Positions 63,132 to 64,000 of a DNA stretch of 64,000 nt are shown one piece after another. The translations under genes were made by a program, and so were the position numbers. The stretch's first letter is position 1; each line of letters begins with the position of its first letter. The notes under the pieces were generated by a model, which saw only the letters and a list, made by a program, of their open reading frames with translations, had not been told where the DNA came from and did not search any database. This DNA is from Octopus vulgaris (lineage: Eukaryota), in the NCBI GenBank assembly GCA_951406725.2, contig OX597834.1:8742001-8806000 (forward strand), read 5' to 3'.

Positions 63132-64000
63132 GATAAATGCTTCCTTATTGTATAGATTGCAGCACACATACCTCAGCTGAATACTATTTTACTACAGTGT
63201 ATCAAGTTTTGGCAGATGAACTCGCTCACATGTTACCATGGGGCGTCTTGAGAGAAAAATCTATTTCCAAGGGAATATCACTACGGGTATATAGCCGAAT
63301 ACTTAATTCCACATGCTTTCCATCAGTGTTTTGGCACGTCATTGACTAAACCATCTGTGACACTGTGAAAGATTCTCATTCGAACTCCTTCTAACTGATA
63401 CTGTCGTTTCCCGATGATGAGACCTGTAAAATTCACATTAGTAAAACAAAACTATTGTGCTGCGACACATATATATATATATATGTTTATTAGTTAAAGG
63501 CAAAACAAGTAGAAGCGATTCATAATTGTTTCCTAACGATTAAGTGCTAAAATACGCGGAAGAAATCCATTGATACATTCTATAGAGAACGCAGAATTCA
63601 TATCCGATATTGCGTATATTGTGTCAAAGAATCTGGAATAAGATCGCTCCGGTAAATGTTAGCAATCAACCCGGTAATTGACTTTCATTTGTAACTTCTT
63701 GAAGAAAGATGGTTCACGCTGATAAATTGAAAGATGTTTCCAGTTCCTTCCACTGTGGCATTTTGAAATACAATTCTTCACAAATGTCCATGTATTTCTA
63801 TATTTTAGGAAAACAATAGCCTAAAAATTTATTAGAGAAAATTCGCGGCCATTGTTTAAGAAAACAATGGAGTCGCTGAAGATATCTGGATATGTCGGAG
63901 ATGTCTCTCGTGAATGCATATTATATAGAAGGAAACTTCAACGACGTAATATTTATGGTGGTAGCAAAACCATCCCGGACGAGTTATGCTTAATGAAAAG

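Noticed and set aside
63172-63423. Minus-strand segment with good AG acceptor and GTATGT donor
   Set aside because: Stops in all three frames and no recognisable homology. It could still be a UTR or terminal exon, but is unsupported.

Overview
AT-rich, microsatellite-dense eukaryotic non-coding DNA. The SINE families and repeat texture suggest an octopod cephalopod (inference, not verified). No host gene can be identified with confidence; there is one weak candidate exon, and most short ORFs in the track are translations of (TA)n/(CA)n/(AAT)n repeats. The window is a mosaic of mobile DNA: three tRNA-derived SINE families, R4/Dong-type (RLE) LINEs inside (TAA)n tracts, RTE and Tx1-type LINE fragments, mariner/Tc1 relics, non-autonomous Helitrons and TIR MITEs. 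The most notable signal is a set of hammerhead ribozyme (HHR) motifs in small non-coding elements set in (TA)n tracts. A back-to-back pair of canonical minimal type I HHRs lies at 29705-29750 (-) and 29882-29927 (+). A canonical type I HHR with an extended stem I and an unusual branched stem II lies at 44592-44696 (+), and several degenerate HHR-like scaffolds are also present. This pattern fits Penelope-like or retrozyme-type elements. Other notable features are near-perfect fold-back hairpins, SINE multimers with a fixed palindromic junction, and a Merlin-like MITE carrying TTAGGG repeats. Coordinates of degenerate repeats are approximate, and family names rest on motif recall, not database searches.
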